Part shown: positions 1-10,513 of the stretch, piece by piece
Layout of the letters: each line of letters opens with the position of its first letter
How positions within the stretch are numbered: the stretch's first letter is position 1
Assembly: GCA_004764695.1 (NCBI GenBank)
Contig: SMSO01000037.1
Coordinates: 4,954,411-5,018,410, forward strand
Direction of reading: 5' to 3'
DNA: 64,000 bases
Source of the DNA: Schizochytrium sp. TIO01
Taxonomy: Eukaryota > Protista > Bigyra: Labyrinthulomycetes
Notes under the pieces: model-generated
Told to the model about the DNA's origin: nothing
Database searches by the model: none
Seen by the model: the letters and a program-made list of their open reading frames with translations, nothing else
Position numbers and translations under genes: made by a program

Positions 1-1225
1 TACTCATTCGGCCTGAGAACCAAGAACCAAATACACTTTTAGGAAGATGCATTGTTGACTCATCTTGCATAGATATACAGGATCAGTCCATTTTTGAAAG
101 ATTGCGAGACTATAGTTGAGCGAACAAAAACCGTAATATAACTAACGAATATTATCAGTTTGCAAGCTCAGGTATGTTTCATAGTAGAACTATGGCGACA
201 GTTCCCAGGGATTAGGGCAAAAACGCCTCAGCATGAAAGATGCAAACCTTTGCAAAGGTGCAACAATGGCTGTAGTTTCATGAATTAAGACAGAGAGGTG
301 CGGGAGAAGAAATTTGAGTGCTCGCACTCCTTTGCAAAGATTCGAAACCTTGAAGCTGAGTATCTGAAACGAAAAGCAATGAACGAAAGGCAATCCGCGA
401 AAAAACGATCTAAGAATTCTAAACACGTTTTCTCAAGATCGCAATTTCACCTATAAAGCAGTAACATCGGAACTGATCTACAGACGATCATGATAGCGAA
501 CGGAGTCCGTCCTTTCCATACGAGTTTGGAAAGCTTCGACCTCCTTCAGCCCGTTGGGCATTCCTCGGGCAGGGTTGTTGCATTTTACCACTATTGAGAA
601 TTTTCAAGCTGTACATCAAAACAGCGTTGCACAGGTCTCAAGATAGACGCTCTAAATCACAAAATTCCATCATGCTTGGAAAAAAACAAAGCCGTTTAAC
701 TGACTAAAAGAAGCTTGATTGAGTCCCAGTAATTAGAAGGTGTGTCAAAGCCTCTACTTGCCTATCTACAAAATAGCCTACTTTTGCTACATTTTATCGC
801 TGAATCCAACAATGAAGCGAGCGTATGATATCATGACTCTTCAACAGAGAGAAGACAAGGTCCTCTCATTTTATGCAGGTTACTGAAGTTGCATGTATCA
901 CTGTTGAAAGCTGAATGACTTTAATCTATCGCAATGCTCGCCAATAACAAGAAAGAGTAGATATGCTTTCCTATGAATTTAATATATACATGACTGCGAA
1001 ATTAATGAAGAGGATTTATTGGAATTTTTTTGCTTGCGTGATATGTCTTCCCAGAAACTCTATTCGAGCACCATTCTTCAAAATCCTCATTTCGTAGCTA
1101 CTAACTTCATGTAAAAGTTGTTGAAGGTGCTGAATTCCCTAGTAGAGCTTTATTCCTGCTTTGATAGATTTGAACACGATCATTACAAGGGTAGATTTAA
1201 ATACAAGCTGTCTGCAGTTGCTATC

Positions 1226-1452
1226 TATTGAAGTAATGTACAGCTACTGCCTAACCTCACCTAACCTCACCTAACCAAGCTCTCATGTCTGACACCTCCT
1301 GTGTATTGGACTGACATCATCCATTCATCCCTGCCTGTACTCAGACCCGAAACCCCAATAACTCATATGTCATCCTCTTTCTCTTTCTCCTGAGTTCGCC
1401 GTCCTTGTCAGACTACCTCTGCACGCTTCACAGCACAAGCTACTCTGCAATA
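1226..1452 (+). mobile_element. Solo LTR of copia family A (telomere-repeat-containing LTR)
   Basis: TATTG...CAATA ends; homologous to the LTRs at 16906 and 21645; CCTAA/CCTCA tract; perfect 5-bp TSD CTATC (1221-1225 / 1453-1457). Confidence 0.93.
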
Positions 1453-1774
1453 CTATCCAGGGGAAATACTCGGTAATGTACAATACTGAGTGAACTAGAC
1501 CTGGAGAGGCGAGAAGGCCATGATTTGCCTTGGAGAAGAGTTTCAAAAGCATAGGAGACACGGATCAGCTGTTTTTGCTTGTATGTTGCTTGTGGTGCCT
1601 TATTGTGAGACTAAAATGAAAATAGTCAGCTCAAATATCAGTCACAACCCTCGTCATCCAGCTTGATGATCTGCGAAATTGTTTCAAGCAATATCAAGGC
1701 TTTCCAAAATCCTCAAAGCTACGCCATAACACACCCTTTTTGTTCACGCGCTTTCTACTCGTTAATTTTGGTGG

Positions 1775-1986
1775 TATTGCAGATTAACAGTTTAGCCTGC
1801 AGAGGCAGCCTGACAAGGATGGCGAACTCGTGTGAAAGAGAAAAGCATGATATTTTGGTTATCGAGTTTCTGGTTCTGGATACGGCAGGGTGAATGTATC
1901 ATTTTGAACTAGAGAGTGTCGGGCAGAAAAGTTAGGTGAAGTAAGGTGAGGTGAGGTTAGATGTTTAGCTGTACATCACTTCAATA
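1775..1986 (-). mobile_element. Solo LTR of copia family A, diverged, inverted
   Basis: Reverse complement of the family A LTR (TATTGCAG...GTTAGGTGAAGTAAGGTGAGGTGAGGTTAG...TTCAATA); near-TSD GGTGG/GTTGG. Confidence 0.88.
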
Positions 1987-2699
1987 GTTGGTTAATGGTT
2001 ACGAAAGGAAAATCCGTTTTTTTCTAAGTATGGAACTGTAGCAGCATACCTTCATGGGGAACCTCACGATGTAGCACGTTCTACAGGTTTCAGAATCGAA
2101 GAGCTTTTATACTGTGGCATTTGCATGTTTATGACACATGCACATTCCTTGCTCACTCAAGATGAAACCAATGTGCTTGTTTGCCCAATATGCAATTACG
2201 ACTATAAAGGAACCCTTGGATTTCAAGTTTCTCTTGTATCATTTCTTGACCAGAGCCAAGCACCTCAATATATCAGAATTCTCCGCACCCACACGAATTG
2301 TAAGCACTCAACAAGCAGCACTATCTATAGTAGGGTTCCCTTGTATATAGCCCCGTACCATTTAAAATCAAGCCCAAGAGCGAAAGCAACAAGAATGCTA
2401 GTAATAGCAGGCTATGAAATCTCTTTGTTATTGTGTGCTAAAGCTCTTCTCTAGCTAGGCGATCTGCCCTACTCCCAGCAACTTTAGCAATGAAAAAAGC
2501 CAAGAAGAAGGATAGCTTTGGCTTTCATAAATTTTGATTTCGTCCAGCACCGGCTTACTCTATTGCCTGACGAAATCGTAGAAAGGTACATAAAATAAGT
2601 CTCTGAAATATCTTAGTATGAGAGGTCTGCTTATGTCATAAAATGAGAGCATCCCGCATAGCCCCTCTAGTAGGAGTGGACATCAATCGGGGCTAAGTA

Positions 2700-3530
2700 G
2701 GCAATACCTTACTCGCTCTATTGAGATCCTGAAGCGAAGAGTTTGTAATCCTACTCTACTTGCTCTGGGCTATTTACTTCTCTGGTGTCTATTATTGAAT
2801 TGTTTAATCCTTGACAAATCGATAACTGAACAAAGATTCAATCACGATCAAGAATTGCCGGAGCACAAGGGCCCATTCACCAATCATTTTTATTCAGCCA
2901 AAGGATATACATTACTGGACATGATCGCTTTTCAAAACTCGAGATAATGTTGCGCATTTGTGATAAGAAACCAGGTACAGTATGAACCAACTAATTGAGT
3001 TGTTTTCTTTCTGTCTTCCCCTTCTCTGCATTTGTTAAATCTCGAAATCAGGTGAAAATGGCACCGCCTTTGGATACATCTCGCAACGGGTGATGCTAAT
3101 AAGCCTATTCTATAGTGTTTGAACCTGGAAAGAGTCTGAAGCTTTATTATGTTCTTTCCGAAATGTTGAGTTCTTGCCCTTATATCCATAGCACACCTTG
3201 GGAAGGAAAAGATTCATAATTTAATGAGAAGAAAAGTTACCAGAGTTGGGGTACATACTTTTCACTGTACTGAGCCAAGTGCGGATAACTTAAAGTAGTA
3301 GAATGAGGAACACTTGAGGTGGGAATTTTTAAATTCAATTCCCGACAGCTTCTGATGCACGCGTAAAGTCGTGCGCTTGAAGTTGCACTCCATCCCTGTG
3401 CTCAGTTGAGCGGAGATTATGCTTTTTGAGAGACTGAGCTAACGGACTGTTGGGGACTTCTCTTACGTAATGCCTGCTGCACAACGAATCTGCGAGTGGG
3501 CGTAAGGCAAAGAGCAAAACTGAATGCATT
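2700..3530 (-). pseudogene. Possible degenerate Mutator-like transposase fragment
   Basis: Broken minus-strand ORFs, one containing QRRCHFHL, which resembles the MULE CxxH motif; no intact ORF; boundaries approximate. Confidence 0.25.
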
Positions 3531-3631
3531 TTTTTCTCGTCAATTGTCTTTTCTGAAGAAACCTAGGCCTAAATGTTTTTTATAAAATCGAAAAAAGATT
3601 GCGAACCCTAAGCGAAAATGATTGTATTTTT

Positions 3632-3767
3632 GCGGCCCTGGCCACAGATCTTCGCTCGGTAGCTTTTGCTTCTATGCCGCCCTGGCCACAAATCTTCGCT
3701 CGGTAGCTTTTGCTTCTATGCCGCTCTGGCCACAGATCTTCGCTCGGTAGCTTTTGCTTCTATGCCC
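3632..3767. repeat. 44-bp tandem repeat, about 3 copies
   Basis: Unit GCCCTGGCCACAGATCTTCGCTCGGTAGCTTTTGCTTCTATGCC repeated three times with few mismatches. Confidence 0.9.
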
Positions 3768-5559
3768 TTGCACAATGACTGCCTGGTACAGGCCAAAGAC
3801 AGTCGTATACAGAACTTGAAGTTGGTTTCACCCTCTAATGAGAAGGAGTTGATTCACAAAGTGAAATAAACAGAAGTCAATGGCACTTCCAGCAGGTATA
3901 CTGTTCTTGCTCTTTGCACATCAACAAAGATACACATCCAAACAATCGGCGTTCCTCATTTCTTTGCTGAGTTGGAAAAGTTGAGGTAGTACCAAGTATT
4001 GTGGGTAGCACTGAATCAATAAGTAGAACCATCTAGTTTCAATCAAAGTTTCATAACATATTGAATCTTCTGACGATGATGAATTCTCAAGTTGATCATG
4101 CCGCCCTGAAGGAGCTGGGGCTGGCGCTCGGCGAAACATTCTTTTTTCCATGAAAGCATGGCCGAAATCATGGTAGCTAGGTCTATGACACGCGCAGTAT
4201 TGCGAACAAAAGCTTTAGATGTAGACGGAGGAAATGAATGGATCCACTGACAGGGCTTTCCTGAAATCAAGGAAGCATATGGCAAGACTCGCGTCTCTCG
4301 CCCAACCCTGAAACACTGGCGAGCTTTTGTGGTTCTCGTACTGTTGACTGCATCTTTCAGTCTTTAGGGCTTTGCAATCTTAGGTGCCACCCGCGGGAGG
4401 ACGGCTGCATCTAGTCTGCACTGAATTTGGTCATTCAGTACTACTATGGTGGTAATAGGGTACTAGTAGGTCTCGCCTCCTTCTGGTAACTTGAACCCGA
4501 ATGTAACATTGAGAAGGGTTTGAGACGAAAGAAGCTCAAGAGAAGAGGAGGATAGAGGCGTCACGCCGTTCTCAGGTGGAAGTCGAAAACTTATTCCTTT
4601 TCTTCATTGTTTAGTTTGGGTTTTTCAATGACATGCGGATTTAATTGCAGCCAATATGATGTTGCCTCAGTACTATTCAACACCCTCCCGAGTCTTGAGC
4701 ATTGGCGACAGAGCACAGTATTGAGTGTCACATCACAACGCGTTGGCATCATGATCTTTCGGAGCCTCCATGCTCTTCGAAGTTTCTTTACGCATGGTGG
4801 CTAAGAGTTGCTAAAAGCTACTTCTTTCCTACCTGTTCAAATCAAGAAGAAAAGGCGGAGGAGGATAGAATTGCAGATTTTATGCGGATTCGCTCGCCAG
4901 TGGAACCTGCGCGGTTCCATGGTGTTATGTCGTCGAAGGGCTACTCTCTAAAAGGGCTCCTCAATGTTTAATTGGCCCATATCCGTCAGCCTAACAGGCC
5001 ATATCAACCTTTCGATAAATTCGTATCACTGAACCCAGGAAGCGCGCGTGGACAGAAGCCGAACAAAGATGCAGCTCTCATTCTTTTCTACTACTGTCAC
5101 AAGCGGGTGGGAGGACCTGGTTCAGATTCTATATCTTGAGAAACTATCCAACCGGTAGTTTTAGTCTAACTAGTAGACTCACGATTGTTTAAAAGATTTC
5201 CAAAACCATCGTTGCAGCGAGAAAAGCACGAGCAGCAAAAAGGAGTAAGAGAGGGAGGGGTAGAGGAACCGATTAGTACTTTTCTGATTTGAAAATGCTC
5301 CGGTCGCTGTCAATCTTTGTTATCTCTTCCTCGCAACCTCTCTGGGAATAATTTCGACACTGTGTTGTTTTCTGCCTTCCTAAGTGAATCGGGTATCACT
5401 GGGATTTGGAACGAAAGTTTTAAAAAATGGTGATGAAGCCTGAAGCAGCACCAATCCAAATCCTCAACTTGAGCAGAAGCGCAAAGGCTCTTCAAAGGGA
5501 CCAAATCTTTCTTTGCACGCAAAGGTCGGGTTGGTCGTGAGATAGTTTATCTTGGCACA

Positions 5560-6900
5560 ATGAAGTTTGAATCTGTATTTGCGCTGCTCCTCCTGGCGGT
5601 GACTTCAAGCGAAGCTCGGCTTGGATCTGCAGATACCTGGGTTCGCCCCCCGGCTGGTAAGGACATCGACATGCGTCTGCTGCAGTCATACAATAATGAT
5701 GATGCCCAACAAATCAATCTTCGAATTGAAGGTGAGTCGAACGGTCAGTGGACATACGTCGTGCAATTTGCAACAAACAACACATTTGCTGCCCCTACCA
5801 CGACTTGCTCGGCTTGGTCTGATTCTGAAGAGCTTGAAGGCACGGGTACAAGCTCAACTTACTCAATCCTTAACGTCGATGGTGCCTACAATGACCCTTC
5901 GACCATTTACCAGTCTCCATACCTCCACAAGTGCCGCATCGAGGGCCTCAACCCATCAACAACTTACAAATACCAGGCTCTCGACAGCGAGACCCTCACC
6001 TTCACCACGCCGCCTCTCCCCGGCACCACGGAAACATACAAGGCTATTGTCCTTGCCGATGTTGGTCAGACCAACTACAGTAACATGACAATGTGGCGGG
6101 CCGCAGAAACTGTCAAGGAGGAGGGCCTCTCAGGCATCATTTGGCCTGGTGATGTTTCCTATGCTGATGGCTACCAGCCTCGATGGGATACCTTTGGACG
6201 TCTCGCTCAGAAACTCACAGGTGCAGCCGAAGTCATGTGGGCTGGTGGTAATCATGAATTCTCTTCTGGAGAGGCGTGGGTTGCCTATCAGAACCGCTAC
6301 GCTGGTGTCGGCCCCATGTGGTACACTACTGCACGTGGACCAATGACCCTTGTAAGTCTCTGCTCATACTGTGGCACCGGGGTCGATAGCCCTCAGTACC
6401 GCTGGCTGGAGGAGACGCTTCCGCAGATTGACCGTAAGACTACACCCTGGCTTGTGGTGATTTTCCATGCTCCTATGTATTGTTCAGATGTATCTCATGA
6501 ACAGGAAGCTGAAGAGATGCGTGTGTCTATGGAGCCTCTTTTCTACAAATATGGTGTCGATGTTGTTTTCGCTGGCCATGTACACGCTTATGAGCGCACC
6601 GCTCCTGTACTTGACTATGAGGTCACTGAGTGCGCACCTGTGCACATCACCATTGGTGATGGCGGAAACCGTGAAGAGACAGCTTCCAAATGGTACATGC
6701 AGCCCGAATGGTCATTAGAGCGTTCTGCATCTTTTGGCTACGGTACCTTTGAGATCCTCGATGCTAACCTTGCTAACTGGACATGGCTTCGTAACCCTGC
6801 TGGCTATTGGGAGTTTCCAGGCCAGACCCCTTACCCTGTCATCCCGGAGTACGACAGCATTGACAATGTGATTTGGAACCGTACGGCCTGCCGTGATTAA
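5560..6900 (+). CDS. Secreted purple acid phosphatase (metallophosphoesterase), 446 aa
   Basis: Hydrophobic signal peptide; all five PAP motifs present: DVG, GDVSY, GNHE, VIFH, GHVH; FN3-like N-terminal domain (GLNPSTTYKY). Confidence 0.93.
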   Translation: MKFESVFALLLLAVTSSEARLGSADTWVRPPAGKDIDMRLLQSYNNDDAQQINLRIEGESNGQWTYVVQFATNNTFAAPTTTCSAWSDSEELEGTGTSSTYSILNVDGAYNDPSTIYQSPYLHKCRIEGLNPSTTYKYQALDSETLTFTTPPLPGTTETYKAIVLADVGQTNYSNMTMWRAAETVKEEGLSGIIWPGDVSYADGYQPRWDTFGRLAQKLTGAAEVMWAGGNHEFSSGEAWVAYQNRYAGVGPMWYTTARGPMTLVSLCSYCGTGVDSPQYRWLEETLPQIDRKTTPWLVVIFHAPMYCSDVSHEQEAEEMRVSMEPLFYKYGVDVVFAGHVHAYERTAPVLDYEVTECAPVHITIGDGGNREETASKWYMQPEWSLERSASFGYGTFEILDANLANWTWLRNPAGYWEFPGQTPYPVIPEYDSIDNVIWNRTACRD

Positions 6901-7441
6901 TCAAGTCTTTGCAGTTGATTCCCCGGCAAAAGCCTTCCGCCTAGCTGATATCGGATACGTTCTTTGTTGCTTGACCAGCTAGTCTTTGTGGCTACGCTTG
7001 CTGCAAAGGAAGCGAGTATGGTAATACTCAGTCCAGTCATAGACCCTTTCAACCCGAGTAGCTTTTAAGTAAATTTAGCGTAGTATCTCCTTATTTTCCT
7101 GGTTAGTTTGTTTTTTCTTTTGGGTTGTGCGGAAGTGTTTGACCGCACTAAAATACACTTTCCGCAACATATATATGATCTAGCCTTTGTATTTTCGAAT
7201 TTAGAACAGTATGCTTGAGTTATACTCTCTCTGATAATGTTCTTCTTCTTTCCACTACTTTTTTTTTAAAGAAAAAGGATATTGCATATGTCCTATCTAT
7301 GTCAAATATCAAACTTTGGCTGAAGTCAAGATCAAGTGGAAATTTGCTGCAAGTAAAATAAAACTTTCCTACCGATATAATCTCCCCTTATAATTTGAGT
7401 TGTCTAAATTTAATTCCCTAGCAATGAAGCAAATTCTCAAG

Positions 7442-9379
7442 CTAGAGTCTTGCCTTGCCAGTTGCAATGCGCGCGTATGCATCATTGTCTAAAGTTTTGT
7501 ATTGGCGGGATTCCGTGTCAAGATAAAGCATTTCATCCTGAATCAAGCTCGGGTCGATCCCATCTTTGACAAGATCGACCTTGCGTTGCTTGAGAGTGCC
7601 TGTAACCTCCATAGGGGCCTTGAGCACTCTAATAAAGTGGGGTACAGCATACGTGGCAAGGGAATGGTGAACATGATTTGAGAAGTCATTCCAGTCGGGA
7701 TCAGAGGCGTTTTCTGGATTGAGAACAACTGCAGCCATGCACGCTCGACCATCAAGGCTTCCGGGCACCTGAACTCCGTAAATGTTGGCTTCTACAAGTC
7801 CAGACCATGTGTTGACCACAAGAGCCACTTCGCCTGTTGCTACATTTTCTCCTTTAAAACGAAATGTGTCACCAACACGATCGACAAAGTGAATACTTCC
7901 GTCTGGATCGTGTCTGACGATATCGCCGGTGCGAAAATACGAATCCCCTTGTTCAAGAACATTTCTCAAAATCTTCTTTTCCGTGGCTTCGGTAGATGTG
8001 TAACCCTTGAAGATTGATGACATACGAGATGGTGTGATGAAGCCTAAAAGCTCTCCAGGCTCTCCAGGGCCACATTCAGCACAAAGCCCAGTCTCTGGAT
8101 CTCTCATTGGAGCTTCAGCTTCAACATTGTGGCGTACAATTTTAAATTGCATGCGTCGTTTAAGCATAGGGCCAATGAGACCAACGATTCCTACACGCGA
8201 AAAGTCACCTTGAAGCACCCCCTTGCAGTGGTTGGTGAGTGAGACATTACCCTCAGTTGAGCCGTAAAATTCACCAATTTCGGGAATTTGGAACCGCTCT
8301 TGAAACGGAACCCAAAGTTCCTTGCGGAGACCATTTCCAATGGCAATGCGAACCTTGTGGAGCCGGTCCCATTTTGAGGCTGGGGTATTGAACAGGTATC
8401 TACAAATCTCGCCAATATATTGCACAGCAGTTACGTTGTATCGAGCACAATGCTCGAAGAAGCGAGATGCAGAAAATTTGCGTGAAACGACAATCGTCGA
8501 ACCTTGAAATATGGTATTACCAAAACCAATTCCCATGCCTGCCGAGTGATAAAGCGGCAGGCAGGTGTAGGTCACGTCATCTGAAGTGACATCGTACAAA
8601 TGCATTCGCAAGTTCATCAGCATGAGTCGGAAGTTGGTAATCACACAAGCCTTGGGCAAACCTGTAGTGCCACTGGTGTAAATATAACTCATCGGGTGAA
8701 GCTTCCCAGAATGAGCTCGCCATGCACGTGGTGAGGGTGTCGCAGAGGAGGGAAGAATATCTTCTAAGCGTTGAGACACCCCACAAAGGCCTTTCGCACT
8801 GAGGCCGAGCACTTCATTGTCGAGCGAAAGCACAGTAGTGAGCTTGTCCAGACCAGAGAGCTCCTCAACTACTTCAAGCAGCTGGGATTCGACTTCTGCA
8901 TCGTAAATAATAGACTTGCAGCCTGCAATTTCGAGGCTGTGAATGAGTGGCTTAGCCTTGTTGTTGCTATTGATCAATGAGGCAACCATGCCAGCTTTGA
9001 GAATGCCCAAAAAGACGCAAAGATACATTGGGCTGTTGTTGGCGAAAAGAGCGACAACATCATCAGCTTGAAGTCCTTGATTACGCAGTGCAATGGCGAC
9101 ACGATCAGCAATAGCGTTAGCCTCACGAAAACTTAGTGAAAATCCATTCTCAGCACAGATTATTGCCACCTTGTCGCCTTTGTCAGCAACTTGAGCGTCC
9201 CAAAGGTCAACAACCGTTGCATCAGGTGGGAGACGCTCAAGAGCTGCAAACTTTTTTAAGTTTCGAATTTGAGCCAGGTCGCTCGAGATGCAGAAACGCT
9301 GGTCGAGCGTCTTCCACGCCGCATAGCCAAGACCCGTTCCAGCAGCCAATTGCATAACACGCTGCCGATTCGAACTCAT
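7442..9379 (-). CDS. Very-long-chain acyl-CoA synthetase / fatty acid transport protein (SLC27/FATP family), probably peroxisomal, 645 aa
   Basis: AMP-binding YTSGTTGLPK, EFYGSTEG and FATP motif YFRTGD...DRVGDTFRFKGENVAT; C-terminal ARL is PTS1-like. Confidence 0.93.
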   Translation of the reverse strand: MSSNRQRVMQLAAGTGLGYAAWKTLDQRFCISSDLAQIRNLKKFAALERLPPDATVVDLWDAQVADKGDKVAIICAENGFSLSFREANAIADRVAIALRNQGLQADDVVALFANNSPMYLCVFLGILKAGMVASLINSNNKAKPLIHSLEIAGCKSIIYDAEVESQLLEVVEELSGLDKLTTVLSLDNEVLGLSAKGLCGVSQRLEDILPSSATPSPRAWRAHSGKLHPMSYIYTSGTTGLPKACVITNFRLMLMNLRMHLYDVTSDDVTYTCLPLYHSAGMGIGFGNTIFQGSTIVVSRKFSASRFFEHCARYNVTAVQYIGEICRYLFNTPASKWDRLHKVRIAIGNGLRKELWVPFQERFQIPEIGEFYGSTEGNVSLTNHCKGVLQGDFSRVGIVGLIGPMLKRRMQFKIVRHNVEAEAPMRDPETGLCAECGPGEPGELLGFITPSRMSSIFKGYTSTEATEKKILRNVLEQGDSYFRTGDIVRHDPDGSIHFVDRVGDTFRFKGENVATGEVALVVNTWSGLVEANIYGVQVPGSLDGRACMAAVVLNPENASDPDWNDFSNHVHHSLATYAVPHFIRVLKAPMEVTGTLKQRKVDLVKDGIDPSLIQDEMLYLDTESRQYKTLDNDAYARIATGKARL

Positions 9380-10513
9380 GATACTCTACCTATGTCTAAG
9401 TTTTTTATTGTGCAGCTTCTGTTGCGGGTTTGCTGACAGCAGGAGGTCCTCCATGAACCTGATGATGTGTGTTCAAGAGCGGCATGGCAAACCCCGAAGT
9501 TTATGCTGCTCGTGAGAGGAATGCCGATGCGCAGGAGAAGAATTCAGAGAAAGGGCATTAGATCTCATTCCGCTCGATACATTGTTTGCTTCTTCCTAGG
9601 TTAAACCTATACCAACTACGTGCTATTACTAATTTGAATGCTACTAAAAACAGTAGTACACTGCCTTAATCTTCAACATAGTACAAGAAAGAGGATAGAT
9701 CTATGATAAGTACATTACTTGTAATACATTTCTGGTATTAGATTTGCCTGAGGCAAACTCCCAATGTTGACAAGTCGTAGACAGGTAAGAAGAAACAACT
9801 ACTAACTTGGAAAGAAAGTAGTACTTACTATCTTATATTCAACCAATAGTTGAAAGGCAAAAATAGGAATCATCAGTTACAAAAGAATGTTGATAAAGCA
9901 AGATTCTGCCGTCTTTTTTCAATAAAGTACAGCCCTTGACCTCTATAGCTAAACCTGCAGCTATTGGAAACGAAATGATCTAGGTTTCAAAAGAATGAGT
10001 CAGTTTACTGCAGCTCACGAGTTGCCATCGGGATAGAACGTTGGAGAACGAACAGTACAATCATCAGTCCTGAGGAGGTAGCTATCATTTCTGCAGCTAA
10101 ATACATCAGAATATGCCCAACATTTGCATTCATATACTGATGGGTTGGTAGATGCAATAAAGTACTTTATATGTGTTTTACGAAGAGATAATATATCATT
10201 TGGTGTACCCTTCGAGATAGGAAGAGTTGTACTCATAGCTCAGGCAAATAAAACATATTGGATGATGTCGAAAAGAAAGAAATTATCTCTGTTGCCAGTC
10301 AAACATCGTATTGACTTTTTTTTTCTTCTTTTTTAAAAATTAAAAGTATTCGCAAACTACTTTTAAAAAATCATATGTGTACAAACAAATTACAGAGTCT
10401 CTCTGAGGAAAAAAAAAAAGGGAAAAAAAAAGTATAGAATAAACGAACAAATAAGAAAGACTATTAAGGGCAAGTGTTTGACATGATCGACAAGCAATCG
10501 TGAGTTGTTTCTT

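Noticed and set aside
3632-3767. CRISPR-like appearance of the 44-bp repeat (also the 51-bp repeat at 19175)
   Set aside because: Head-to-tail repeats without unique spacers, in a eukaryotic context with no cas genes.
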